The position numbers and the translations under genes are program-made. A DNA stretch of 64,000 nt from the human T2T-CHM13v2.0 reference genome, Homo sapiens, in assembly GCF_009914755.1 (NCBI RefSeq), contig NC_060925.1, one strand, 5' to 3'. Below the pieces are notes generated by a model. The model was not told the origin of the DNA. It did no database searches and was given only the letters and a program-made list of their open reading frames with translations. Position 1 is the stretch's first letter, and each line of letters starts with the position of its first letter. This document shows, piece after piece, positions 12,811 to 26,263 of the stretch.

Positions 12811-15800
12811 AATACAAATAAAAGTTAACTAAAATCCAATACATTTGAAGAGGTAATAAAACAAAAACTATCCATTGCTGCAAAAAAGAGATGGCTGGGT
12901 ATCTTCTGTTTTTCAGTGAGTGGTGCAAAAGCCCACCCTTTACCAACCTGAAAGCAGTACTTACAAAGCCCCAGTTGAAGCCCTTAATTCTAAATTTACT
13001 CATAGAAGGAAGACTGACAGACCTTTACTTACCCAGAAGAAATGCAGGCCATGTTACTTTCCTAGGTGAATCCTAAAATTACCCCCAGAGAAGGTTTTCA
13101 ACAATACTGGAACAATGTTTCCAAAGTAACCTCCTCTGTAATTTCTGATACACACCATGCACAGTCATCTAATACTTGCTCAACCCTTTGTCAATAGCCT
13201 GTCTTAGAGAAGGATGGATATGGTAGGAGAGTTACCCAGATAGAGTTGTTCAGCATAGTTTTGAGCCTAAGAAATGGCAGGTAGTGTTTGAGTTTTCTTT
13301 TAAATTGTTGCAACAGAGGTGTAATAGATGGTCTGTATTGAATCATTTTTTTTTATGTTGGCCATAAAAAAGGCTCCTAGGCTGAACCTCTGTCAAGAGG
13401 CACATTCTTTAAAGTTAAATTCTCTTTCCTTATTATGAAACAAAGAAGTTGACTAGAGCTGGAATAATCCGGAGTTATCCAGGACAGGGAATTTTGAATC
13501 CATAACAAGGTGCATTTCTTTTTACAGTCATGCCTCCTAATAGTTACTGAAGCCTGACCTAAACCCTAGACCTCAGGAGACAGACGCCCTGATGGTGCTA
13601 AAATAGGCCTTCAGAAAAGAGCAGTCTATATCTTTGGAACTATGTGCAGAATATCTCAGAACTACATTATACACCCTAAAATTGAATAGATTCCACTTAC
13701 ATGTAGGCTATATTTCTGGCAAAGCAAACACACCAGCTTGAGAGGATAAGAAGCTTAGAAGTTTACTCAGTCTAGCCATTTTTATACCAGTTAACTTTTC
13801 CAATTCGTTACATCCTTGTACCTGCATTATCCTACCGTCTTATTCATTGGGAAGTACTCACTGGAAGCCTGAATGCATTAAGAAATTCAGGTTACATCAT
13901 TGCTACTTTTCTGTGGATCATCTAATTTATTTAGGGATGATCATCAAAAGGAAAACAACAACTTTTCATCTTTTTAATGCCATTAAATGGCAACACATTT
14001 AATAGAGTTTTCTCCTTGTGTTTCGAGAGCCCAGCATTGTTATTGATTATTTAATGATTAACCTTGTCCTTTTAACCAAATATGTCACTTTTTTGTTGAG
14101 CAATCAGTTCTTTTTTCAAATAGAATCTGAAGGCACATAGAAATGATCAGAGCAAAAGATACAGAAATGGAATAGCCTTCTGTGATTCTAGAACATCTTT
14201 GGAGGCAAGCCACCATAGACTCCGAGAAACTGCCTTCTCAGTTTGACACATTATTACCAGGAAATTTGGATAAGTGAAGAAGCAAGAATTGTAAGCTGAA
14301 CTCAGGGAAATCTACATTTAAGACATTTCACAAATAACTTTTTAAAAATTGACTATTATAAATATCAGAGGAAGTCCCTGGGCATAGTTCTTTGGGTCTC
14401 GAATTATTGTATATTTGTGGTATACATGATCCTACAATCCTTTACTTCCACTGATAGAGGATGGCAACTTGATAGCCAGATTACTCCCATTTAGGTTATA
14501 CTGTTTCATTTTGTTGGAGAAGGTTGGCAATGCATCTTAGCCTGTTTTAAGTTTCTAAGAAATTCTTAGGAAAGAAACCTAGTCACCTTTCTTTATCCTC
14601 TCACATACTGAATTTGTTTGCTCACAGAAGCCATTTATGGAGTAATTGTCTGAAATGTTCTCTAGAAAACAGGGAAAACACATGATAGAGATATAAGATT
14701 TCTAATGCTCATTAGAGTGTTCATTTTAACACCACTTGAACGAGCTTGGGTAACCATGAGGTCTTGACAGAGTAGATTTTAATTCAACATGGCTTAAAAC
14801 ACTGCTCTGTTATAGCCAACTGCCTTTGAACTTATGTTTGCATAATTTGATGCAACTTTTCACTGACGTATAGATGAATATTCCCCTACCATAGCAAATA
14901 AGAAGGTAAATATTATCTTCTATGTTATTGATAAGGTCCTGCTTTCACATTCCGGGAGGTAAATCTAAAATCTAACTAGTTTCTTTCTGCAGGAATCTTT
15001 ATATTCAAGCCAAAGTTAGTTTGAATAAGATAATCTTTAGCATGGAGAATGATAATATGCTTTTTAGAGGTCAATTTATTTAATTTTCTGGGTATTTGTT
15101 TTGGTGACCTCTTAATTAATTTTGAAAAAAACTTAATTTTCTTCAAAAGTTAAGTTTTATGAGAGTCATATTAAGGTCCTGTTGTATTAGAAGACACTTC
15201 TGACTTAAAAAAAGTAATTATTAAGTAGTTAAGCAGGTTTATTTACTAAAGAAGTTCTCAGAGTACTTTATGTGCTTGTATGGTTGTGATTGTGAATCTG
15301 AAGACATAATAATTTTCTTGACTAGATCAGTGTTTCTTCTTGCAGAATGAGTGTTCTACAGAACATAGTTTGGGAAATCTTGGGTAATAGTGTTGATCTC
15401 TAATGCTACTTTAAGTGTGGACTGATATTCATTCCATAAGTTATTACAGATTCAATTTAGAAGTTGAAAGTAATCAGTTGGAATCTTCGATAGCAATTAG
15501 ACATTGCCAAGACAACCAAGTAGGTGATTAGGAGGTTTGACTTGTTGAATTCTATGGAACAATTCAAATATTGTCCAGCTTTTGTGGTGATTTGCATGTG
15601 GCATGAATTACAGACTAGTCATGGCCAGTAAGACCATTTAATGGTCCTTAGATGACTGAAAGAAGAAAAAACAAAACAATTGTTCTTCACCACAGATAGT
15701 TTAAGAAGCATTGCCTGAAGTTCCTTCTGGTTTTTACAAGTCTGTTGATCTCTTACACTTAATATAGTGTCCTTTCTCATTTAAAAGTTTATAGTCGATT

Positions 15801-16012
15801 TAATATTGAAGCATCATATAAAGCATGTAAAACACAGTCAATGGTAGAATTAAGTTTAAATGCAGCAGGATTTTATTTTTATTTATTTCTAAGGAAACTT
15901 TAGAATCAACTAGTTGTCATTTTTAGAATTCTTAAGTATTATGTACTTATTTTGTTGTTTGATTAAGTGTGATTTCTGCTCTGAATTAAATTTTCAAAAT
16001 CCATAGCTATAG

Positions 16013-16426
<414 letters not shown>

Positions 16427-16748
16427 TGAAAAATATTCTCATCAGTCCCCTATATTCTGTAATGTAATTTGTTCTCGATTATCTATGCAAATAAAGTGAG
16501 CCTAGGTATGAAATAGACAGTTATATCATGGCATAGTCTGTGCTTCTTCCCATCCTTTGGGCTACATAAGTTTTTATGTAGTTAATCAGGGATTTGCGTA
16601 GAAGGAGATTACACATAATAATGAAATAATTTCTAAAAATGTCTAGTTTCTGAATCAAGGACATTCTGCTTATTGTGCTTTGTAAATGACAGACTACATA
16701 CTATGGGCCAATATAATAGTTTCTGTATAGAAAAGGAAGAAATGATTT

Positions 16749-16750
<2 letters not shown>

Positions 16751-16794
<44 letters not shown>
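16751..16794. repeat. (AC)22 microsatellite
   Basis: Perfect dinucleotide run. Confidence 0.98.
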
Positions 16795-16798
<4 letters not shown>

Positions 16799-17222
16799 TT
16801 TTATCACAAATAAGAAAGATGGGTCTTCTAATGGAAAAAATTAAAGTTGGGTACCATGATGCCTGCATTAGCTAATTATAAAGTCCTAATCATGTCTTCT
16901 CTATATACCCAGTTTGCTAAACTGCCAAATAGAGGTATTCCTCCCTTCCCCCACCCCATATCCCATTCACATACACCCCTTACAAGTCTTTAGGAGAATA
17001 AAACTGGAACACATATATAACATGCTATAAAATAATGTGCTTAAACATCATAGTTGCACCTTAATAATTTTCTAATAATCCAGAGGTAAATGTGCTTATC
17101 TGTACAGTTGGTTGTACTTTCAGCGTATGCTAACACAAAAACAGATAAGCTTGATGTCTGAAGTGTCTAGCATTAAACTGGATAAACTTCATGTAATTGG
17201 CTTAGCTGTAAGTAAACAACAA

Positions 17223-17405
17223 TGATGTGGTATAGAAAAAGTATGAGTTTGTAAGGATATGAATTTAAATTTTGGCTCTTACGTTAATTTCTCCTATAAA
17301 GATTTCCAATATATTAGACCTTTCAGAGCCCCAATTTCCCCATGTATAAAAATGAGAGAAATGGAATAAATTTTATCTAGGGCTCCATCTGTCTTTATCA
17401 ATCTT
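17223..17405 (+). mobile_element. MIR/MIR3 fragment
   Basis: acctttcagagccccaatttccccatgtataaaaatgag resembles the MIR core. Confidence 0.55.
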
Positions 17406-17450
17406 GAGTTAGACATCTACAGAATAATGCTACAGAATAATAAAAAAATG

Positions 17451-17467
17451 GACCACAAGATGGCGTT
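17451..17467 (+). promoter_or_regulatory. Candidate CTCF (overlapping YY1-like) site
   Basis: GACCACAAGATGGCGTT matches CCASYAGRKGGCR with one mismatch, contains AAGATGGCG, and retains a CpG. Motif evidence only. Confidence 0.45.
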
Positions 17468-18414
17468 TGTAGCTAATGAGTCCTTTTGCATTAACTATCT
17501 GTGTTGCAGTCATTTAAATATTTGCAATAATTACAAGTGTACACTTATCACTTACATTCTTGAGAGATATGTAAAAGTAATTTTTAGAAAAATAATATGC
17601 AAATCCTGTTATTTTTAAGTTATTGGTATTTCTAAAATTATAAGTTGGCAGATGATTCTCAGAAGCTGAATTTAGACTTTTCCAAAAATGAAATATAATG
17701 AATAATTTTGAGCTATTGCAAAATAATAGAAGTTGTTTTTCTCTGGCAATATCAACTCTAATTTCCAGATTGATTACATTTCAGAATTTGAAAATATGTA
17801 GCTCCTGAAAGTTTTAATTAGTGTTTCAATTTTAGGTTTAGGAGATTTAAAAAGTTACTAAAATGTTACACACCCTATTGCCCTCATTTTAGGCATAACC
17901 TAATAATTTTTATAGATGATAAATAATTTCGTGGTGCTATTGGCCTAGTATAGAAATGATTGCGAATTTGGGCTTCAACGTTTTCTCAAATGTAGGTGAT
18001 ATCATCTGTGTCCAGGATCATTTGAGACAATGTTAAAATACTTAGAAGAAACTCAGTCATATTTCCAATTGGTAGCTTACTGAGAAAGATGTAATTATCA
18101 TGGTACTCTCTCTAAAAGTTGCTTTTTGATTAGAGGTGAAAAGTAGAAGCACAACAGCTTTATATGGCTTAATATGGGAATTTCCAGTTTTAAAATAAAT
18201 ATATGGGAAGGTGTGGCTTTTACATATTCTATAATAATAAGTATCATTATTATTATTAGGTAAATGTCTAGTTATTTTACTTTATTACCACAGAAATATA
18301 TAATTATATTTTATTTTGACTTATATAATAATTCGAATGAAAGTAAATTTTCTATTAGCTGTTTCTGTCAACAGTGTGGTGTCATTACCTATGGAGATAT
18401 CAACTTGTTATGTA

Positions 18415-18580
18415 GGCATCACATGGTGGCTAAGGGGATGGGCTTTGGACAGGCATGACTTCTGACTTTTAGCTGAGTGACCTTGAGGACTTTTTTTATT
18501 TTAGTGAGCCTCAGTATCCTCATCGATGAAGTGATGAAAATGCCATAGATTTGTTTGGGTGTTAAAATATAAATGTACAT
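18415..18580 (+). mobile_element. MIR SINE
   Basis: tagctgagtgaccttg...gagcctcagtatcctcatc. Confidence 0.6.
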
Positions 18581-21500
18581 GCATATACATATATGTATTT
18601 ATGGAAAGGAATATGTAAAGATGAAAGAAAAGTCTTAGAAGCAAAGTTTAACATTCCCAGTGAGTCACTAAAAATAGTTTATAAGATTTTATGCTCATCA
18701 GGTATTTCCAGGAGTCTTAACCAGCATATGCCTTAAGCCACTAATTTTACTTGAGCCCAAAATTGCCACCATAGAAAATAGGTTTCAAAGCTGCTAAACG
18801 AATGAATGAATGAATGAATGAAAGAAAAGCAGTTAACTCAGTGTCTAATAAGGATTCAGTAAATGTTGGCTACTAGTAGTACTAGCAGCTGTAGTGGTAC
18901 TGAAAATATTTCTCATATATTTATGAATCTTATATTTGGAAATTATAATGACAGTTATCTTATAAATACCAAATGCTAGGAGGAGAAGTAAAATTTTATG
19001 TTTGCTGTATTCCACGCTGGGTCAAGCAAAGCAGAGCGAGGCATATTTATACATTACATATGATTTCATTTGCCAACTTTTTGTCAGCCACAGTTAGCCT
19101 CTGGAAATCTTCAGTTTTAGTTCTGGGATGAAGCTTAATGGACACACATAGTTCAAACCCCTTACTATGAATAGGTAAACAGGCCCAGAGCAATAAAGAA
19201 ATTTGCCTGAAGTCACACTGTAGGACAGAACATCTTCATATCCCACAAGCTTGAGAAAATAGTGATTCTCAAATGTGGAAGCTTCCATTGAAAGCTGTAT
19301 CGTATCTGTAGAAATACCATTATTGTCACCATTTACTCTTTAGAAAACTTGATCACATCTGCTTGTGGGATTACTACCCACTTATGAGAGCCGAAGAGAC
19401 ATTTACCTCTTCTAATGCAAAATGTCACCACCTTTACTGAAGTAGCAAGAGATTTATTTTCAAAACTGAAAGTCAGTTTTGGAATTAAAACTTAATTTTC
19501 TATGTATTCCATCTGTGTGTACTGCATTTAGGAAGGTTTTCAGCCTGTGTGTAGAAACAAAAAGGCTTTGTTTACCTGTTGGGTCTGTTTTCCCCACCTC
19601 TGGCTCACCTTCCTGTGGTGGCTCTCTTTCTCTGAGTTCTCTCCTCAAAGAGAAATTGCACTTGACTTTGGCTACAACTGCAGCCACCTGGGGGAAATGT
19701 GTACTGGATTCTCAATTAACAAGGATTTGTGATAAGCTTTTTTTCTGGTCAACCCACATCCTGGCTAATTGCATGTATAGCATATTTATCAACTTAATTT
19801 TTTCTGCAGTGAGAAGGAGCTGTTCACCATGGTTTCATGTAGTAGAGCACTGGAAAAAACACAGTACTGCACTATGAGAGTCAGTTTTCTTAACTGTAAA
19901 ATGAAATTACCTGATTTCATCAGAAGATTATTGCATGAAATAAAACAGTATGTATGGAAAATGATGACATCTTATTCAAATGGAAGTGGAACTCCTGTTG
20001 TTCTTGGTTCTCCCATGATAGTATGAGAATCCAAAGCTAGAATGAGCTAACCAGAACTATTAAATGTCAGGCCAGCAGTGATGCTGGATATTTTTTATTA
20101 CTACTCTGATTTTGACAGATACTAACTTTTTTCACTCACTGTAATGATTTAAAAGTGAAAAAAAATTGATGACAATGCAAAGCCAAATAACAAATAGAAA
20201 CATGTTTTAAAAATACTAACTTATAAGCAAGTCTCACACCAGGTTTTGAGATTTTTTTGGTTGTATTAATGATTCTTTATATCCTCCAATTATGATCCTG
20301 AGGACAGTAAATACTCACTGTAATAAATTACCTAACTATATGGTATAAACAATATATTTCTTGAGTTTTTCCTTAGGTTTCGTACTCAAGAGCAAAGAAA
20401 TTTAAGGAGCCTTAGAGATCATCTTTTTGTTGTTTATAAAGATTTGTGTACATTAATTTGATATGTGTTCAGGATATCAGGTAACACAGGTGAATATTAA
20501 ACATTGGTGGAAACAGGCAATTACATTTATTTAATTAAAAATCGGCTATCAAGAATCCCAAAGTGATCTGGTAGCGTCAGGAGCTGCATAGTTCAAGGTC
20601 AGATTCTCAGCTTTACAGGCCTAGAAAAAAACCATATTGGTCAGCAACATGAATGGGGATCGGGCTCTTAGGGCAAAACTTAATATTTACATGTTTGGAG
20701 AGCAATAGAAACCAAGATATCAGTTGGTTAGTGTTCAAATAGAAAAGTGCAGTTTTCTGATGGCCAGCATCTTAGCATCAGTTGTTCAATATATTCCTTC
20801 TCTATAGAGTCATCTGCATTTTCTGAGCACTTACCATATTCCTGGCATGTATTAATTCAGTCTTCTTCAAAGTATAGATCTGTTCCTAGAAATATATGCA
20901 GAATTTCCAAGATATATAAAGGGAATTAATTTCCATACCCTCACCTTTTGTAAATACTCTTTCCTAAAATGTGATCAGCCTGATGCCCCTGCAGTCAGGG
21001 TTTCTTACCTACTTCTCCTTCCAAAATCATCCTTCTACTATGTGAAAGAAAGGCATCTCATTCTCTTGGCCCAGTGACTTATTAAATGTACCCTGGTGAT
21101 GGTTCAGGACATTGACTATCCATTTGTTAATGGATAAATACTGGCATACAATTTACGAGATTTATCATATAAACACACTTAGACCATTTGAGCCTCAGCT
21201 TTCTCACCTGTAAAATAGGATTCACAGTAATCATTATGAGGCTTAAAGAAGGTGATACATAAAGCAATCATTATAATGCCTGACCAAGTATTCATATCAG
21301 TATATGGCAGTTGTTAATGTTATTTCTGTTGCTATCCTATGTCAGTTGTTCTATAATGTTCTGTATTTCAAAACACATACTTTTTCTGCCTCTGGTATGG
21401 AAGATAAGGAAATCGTGAAGTAGCTAATTTGTCTGTCTTACCATGTTTTACTGTCCCTTTTAGTACTTAATTTAGAAAGGAAAATGTTAATTCACATCAC

Positions 21501-23757
21501 TAATTAGCATGGACGACTACTGAATATCTTAGATCTTTATTAAACTAGTATCGTTAATGCAGAATATGAAAATGATAGGAGTTTGTTCACTTGAGGGCTA
21601 ATGCCATCTTTGGTGCAATTTGAATCACTTATTTGACAGGAATTCTAAATAGAGCAGACTGCTTAGAATTTCATTTTGAATTTTACCTGGAGAATGTTCA
21701 GAAGTTTATTTAAATGATAGTTTTGCAGTTATTAAAAATATATCTTCTGAAAGTAGTAATTGCTTTGGGGCTGCCCTGTAGGGGTACCAGATACAAGATT
21801 GTGTATGGGTTTGCAGAGAGCAAACCAGAGCGGTCTAGTAGAAAGATGGTTTGCAAAGGAAACTGAGGGCTTTTCTCTAAATGTAAAGTGTGGTGCTGTT
21901 CCTGTCAGCCCTTTCAACCCAGTTAATAGTTTTCTGTTTTATAAACATTGTGGGTAGATTTTTTAAAGATATACTTTGGCATTTTTGTATTTCCTTCTTT
22001 TTTATACTTGACATTTGGTGAAGGAGATTTGTGAGTGGTTTATGAAACTGAGTTTTAATTTCTTTTTTTTCTTGGTATTGAAAAATCAATAAAATACTAA
22101 TAACAGCTAATATTTACTGCATATCTGCATATGATGTTAATTGTAGCTTTTTGTAGATGTTCCTCGGGTTGTGGAACTTCTCCTTTATTCCTAATTTGCT
22201 GAGAAATTTTTTTTAATAAGCAATGGACATTGGAATTTGATAAATTTTTTGTCTGTTGAGATAATATTGCATTTAATATCGTCATTTGATAAATACTTGA
22301 ATGTTAATCCAGTCTTGCCTTCGTGGGATAAACTCCATTTGGTTATGATGCATAATTCTTTATAGAAATTACTGCCTTTGATTTACCAAAATTTTATTTA
22401 GAAGTTTTGCATCTATGTTTAGGAGGAATAATGGTCTGTAGTTTTCTTTTCTTGGAATGTCTTTGGCTCTGGTATTTTGGACAGCATCCCCATGTCTTCA
22501 ATTTTCTGGAAGAGATTATATGGAATTAGTATGATTTCTTCCTTAAATGTTTGCTATAATTCTCTAGTGAAGAACTCTGGGCCTAGAAATTTGTGTATGT
22601 GTATGAAGATATTTAACTACAAATTCAAATTCATTTGGGTTATTGGTTTCTTCTGTGGTGAATTTTGGTAGTTTATGTCTTTCAAGGAATTGGTCCATTT
22701 CATCTACACTGTCAAATGTATAGGCATAAAGATCTTCATAATTTTCTTTTTTCCTTTAGTGGAATCCGAACTAACATTAACTCTCTCATTCCTGACCCTT
22801 GGCAATTTATGTCATCTCTTTTTTTATGATCAACATGGCTAAAAAGTTTAATAATTTTATTAATTTTCTCAAGGATCTAACATCAGTTTCATTGATTTTT
22901 CTTTACTGTTTTTGTTTTTTCTTTCATTGAGTCCCACTTTGCTCTTTTCTGTTTTTTGTTTTTTTTTCTTCTGCATTTAATTGTTCTTTTTTTGGTTTTC
23001 AAGGTAAAGACTAAAGGCATTGATTTGAAATCTTTCCTCTTTTCATGTGTAGGCATTTAGTGCTAAAAAATCTCTCTGTTCTACTTTAATGGCATACCAA
23101 AATTTTTGATGTGTTGTGTTTTCATATTCATTCAGTTCAAAACTCTTTCTGATTTCTCCATTGATTTGTCCTTTGACACTGGAGGCTTTTTATAATTGTC
23201 CTGTTTAGATTTCAAATATTTGGTGATTTTAAAGATATCTTTCTGGTACTGATTTATAATTTAATTCCATTATGTTCAGAGAACATACTTTATATGACTT
23301 GAATCTTTTAAAATTTATCAAGACTTATTGTATGGCCCAGAATGTGATCCATATTGGTAAATGTTTTATGGGCATGTGAAAGAAAATATGTATTCTGCTT
23401 TTGTCCTGTAGATCTCAGTTAGGCAAACTTGATTGATAGTGTGGTTCAGATCTTATATATGAGTGCTGATTTTCTGTCCACACATTCTGTCAGTTCTTGA
23501 GAGGGGTATCAAAATCAATTATAATTGTAGATTTGTCTTTCTCCTTGTATTTCTGTCAGTTTTTATGAAACTCTTTTATGTGTGTAAACATTTTAAATTA
23601 TGTCCTCTAGATGGATTGGCCCTTTTATCATTATGAAATGATCATCTTTATCTCTGATAATGATCTTTGCTCTGAGATCTACATTTCTAATACTAATGTA
23701 GCCATGCTAGCTTTTCTTTTGACATATGTTACAATAAAACATATATATGTATTTTTA

Positions 23758-23885
23758 ATTAAAAAAATAAACCCAGGATCTCACTGTGTTGCCCAGGCTT
23801 ATCTCAAACTCCTGGGCTCAAGCGATCCTCCCACCTCGACCACCCAAACTGCTGGGATTACAGGCATGAGCCACCATGCCTGCCC
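23758..23885 (-). mobile_element. FLAM/AluJ monomer
   Basis: ggatctcactgtgttgcccagg...ctcctgggctcaagcgatcctccc...ccaccatgcctgccc, flanked by atatatat repeats. Confidence 0.85.
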
Positions 23886-24948
23886 ATATATATATTTTTT
23901 AATCCTTTTAATTTTAACTATATTTGTCCTTATATTTAAAATATTTATAAGAAATTTAAACAAAGTATAGGTAGGTCTTGTTTTTTTATTCAGTTGGCAA
24001 TCTGCATCTTTTAATGGTGTGTTTAGCATGTAGACATTTGAGTAGGATTATTGATATATTTGAGTCTTTTATCTTGCTGTGTTTTATTTGTTCTGTCTGT
24101 ACATTGTTCCTATTTTCTTCTTTTGCCTTCTTTTGAATTGGTAGACAATTTTACATGATTTCATTTACATCTCTTTGTGGTGTATTAGATGTAACTCTTT
24201 TGTATTAGGTATAACTTTTATTATTTTAGTGGTTATTTTTAGGTTACTGTATGTGTCTTAAATTTATCATAGTCTACCTTCAGGTAGTATTATACTTCAT
24301 ATATAAGAACCTACAAATGTGTTTTTTCATTCCCTTTCATCTGGCTTTTATGCTGTTTTTGTCATACATTTTGCCTATACATGTATTATAAGCCCTGCAA
24401 GATTTTGCTATTTTTAATTCATTAGATTTTAAATACATTTAAATAATAGGAAAAGTATGTATCATATGTACTCATGTCGTTACTATGTCATTTGTTTATA
24501 GATCCATATTTCTATCTGGTCTCTTTTTTTTCTGCCAGATGAGTTTTTTTTTTTTTTTTTTTTTTTTAATATTGGTTGTAGTGTGTTCTGCTGGTGATAA
24601 ATTTTGCAGATAATGAATTAAGTGATTTTCCAGTCTGCCTGATGGGATTCTGTACTATTGTAGGCCCTATGAGAATGCTGGATACTGTTTAATCCTTCCC
24701 GATGGCTTTTTCCCCTGTCTCTGGTAGTCTTCTCACATGCATGTGCCAGTCAGTACTCTGCTTGGTGTGGGGCACCCTCCGCATATCTCCAGAGCTTTCC
24801 ATGCACCACTCTCTTCTCTGATACTCTGGTCTATGAACTCTAGCTGCATTTTCTCGAACTCTTAGCTCTATCCTTTTAACTCAGTGAGTCAGCCAGGTAA
24901 TGTCTCCCTTCACCATGGCCTCGAAATTCTGTTAAGGCAATAAGCTGG

Positions 24949-25736
24949 CATATTAGAGGGATGCTAATATAGTTTAGATATTCGTCCCCACCCAAATCTC
25001 ATGTTGAAATGTCATCCGCAGTGTTGGAGTTGGGGCTGGTGGAAGGTATTTGGATCATAGTGGTGGATCCCTTATGTATGTCTTGGACCATCCCTTTGGT
25101 GATAAGTGAGTGCTTGCTCTGAGTTCACAGGAGATCTGGTTGTTTAGAAGTGTGTAGCACCACCTCCACCACTCCTGCATACGCCATGCGGCATGCCTGC
25201 TACCACCTCACCTTCTGCCATGATTGTAAACTTCATGAGGCCTCCCCAGAATCTGAGAAGATGCTGGCAGCAGCTTCCTATACAGCCTGCAGAACTGTGA
25301 GGCAATTAAACCTCTTTTCTTTATAAATTACCCAGTCTCAGGTATTTCTTTATAGCAATGCAAGAACAGCCCAATACAGATGCCATAACAAAATTCCAAA
25401 GACTAGGTGGCTTAAACAACAGAAATTTGTTTCCTCACAATTCTAGAGGCTAGAAGTCTAAGATCAAGGTGTCAGCAGGCTTCTTTCTTCTAAGGCCCCT
25501 CTCCTTGGCTTGCAGATGCCCACCTTCCTGCTGTGTCCTCAGATGATTTTTCCTCCTTGCTCACATTTCTGGTTTCCTCTCTGTGGCCAGATTTCCTCTT
25601 CTTATAAGGACACCAGTCATATTGGATTAGGGCTCACCCACATGACCTTATTTTACCTTAATTACCTCTTTAAAGGCCTTATCTGCAAATATAGTCACTT
25701 TCTGAGGTACTAGAATTAGAGCTTCAGTCCATAACA
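24949..25736 (-). mobile_element. MLT1A0-like MaLR LTR (split by MSTB)
   Basis: gatgccataacaaa...ggtggcttaaacaacagaaattt...cagtccataaca, with ctgg repeated on both sides. Confidence 0.8.
24965..25378 (+). mobile_element. MSTB-like MaLR solo LTR
   Basis: cccaaatctcatgttgaaatg...aattaaacctcttttctttataaattacccagtctcagg...aataca, with perfect TSD GATGC (24960-24964, 25379-25383). Confidence 0.88.
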
Positions 25737-25848
25737 CTGGGGTAATCATGGAGCTTACTCTTCCCCACCCCATCCCAGGGACCACTATCCTTTGTTGCCT
25801 GATTTCCAGGGTGTTGAAAACCATTGCTTTATATATATAGTATCTACC

Positions 25849-25879
<31 letters not shown>
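25849..25879. repeat. (TGAT)7 tetranucleotide repeat
   Basis: Seen directly. Confidence 0.95.
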
Positions 25880-26039
25880 GGCAAAAGAGCCTTTCCAGTC
25901 CCTGTTATACCCTCTGGGTCAGCAACAGAAGTCCTGAGCCTGAGTTCTTGATCACTACACTGTACTTCCTCACATTGACCTTTCACAAACATGCAGAGAT
26001 TTATGGGATCTACCTTTTGCTCATCTTTTAGTCTGCATT

Positions 26040-26263
26040 CAGTGATTACTTCCACTAGGAAACATTAGGACATTCCAATGTGACTTAGATCCTATTACTG
26101 TTACTCCCATCATGTCCTGTAACATCACAGACCCTATACTTGATTATATTTGCTTACTTAGGTTTCATGCTAAATCATAATTTCTATTAGTTTGTGGGCT
26201 GTGTGCTAGCATCATCACAGTGCCTGGCATATAGTAAGAACTCCAAAATATTTGTTGAGTGAA
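26040..26263 (+). mobile_element. L2 3' end
   Basis: cacagtgcctggcatatagtaagaactccaaaatatttgttgagtgaa. Confidence 0.6.

Larger units (their letters stand above)
22125..25935 (-). mobile_element. Old L1M element (ORF2 remnant to 5' region), interrupted by FLAM, MLT1A0 and MSTB
   Basis: Antisense L1 ORF2 sequence (tttattcctaatttgctgaga; ttcaaggaattggtccatttcatcta). The 5' part (24620-25935) resembles the + strand copy at 49690-50330. Confidence 0.75.

Noticed and set aside
19479-19877. 132-aa ORF
   Set aside because: TTG start, no recognisable domain, intronic; consistent with chance.
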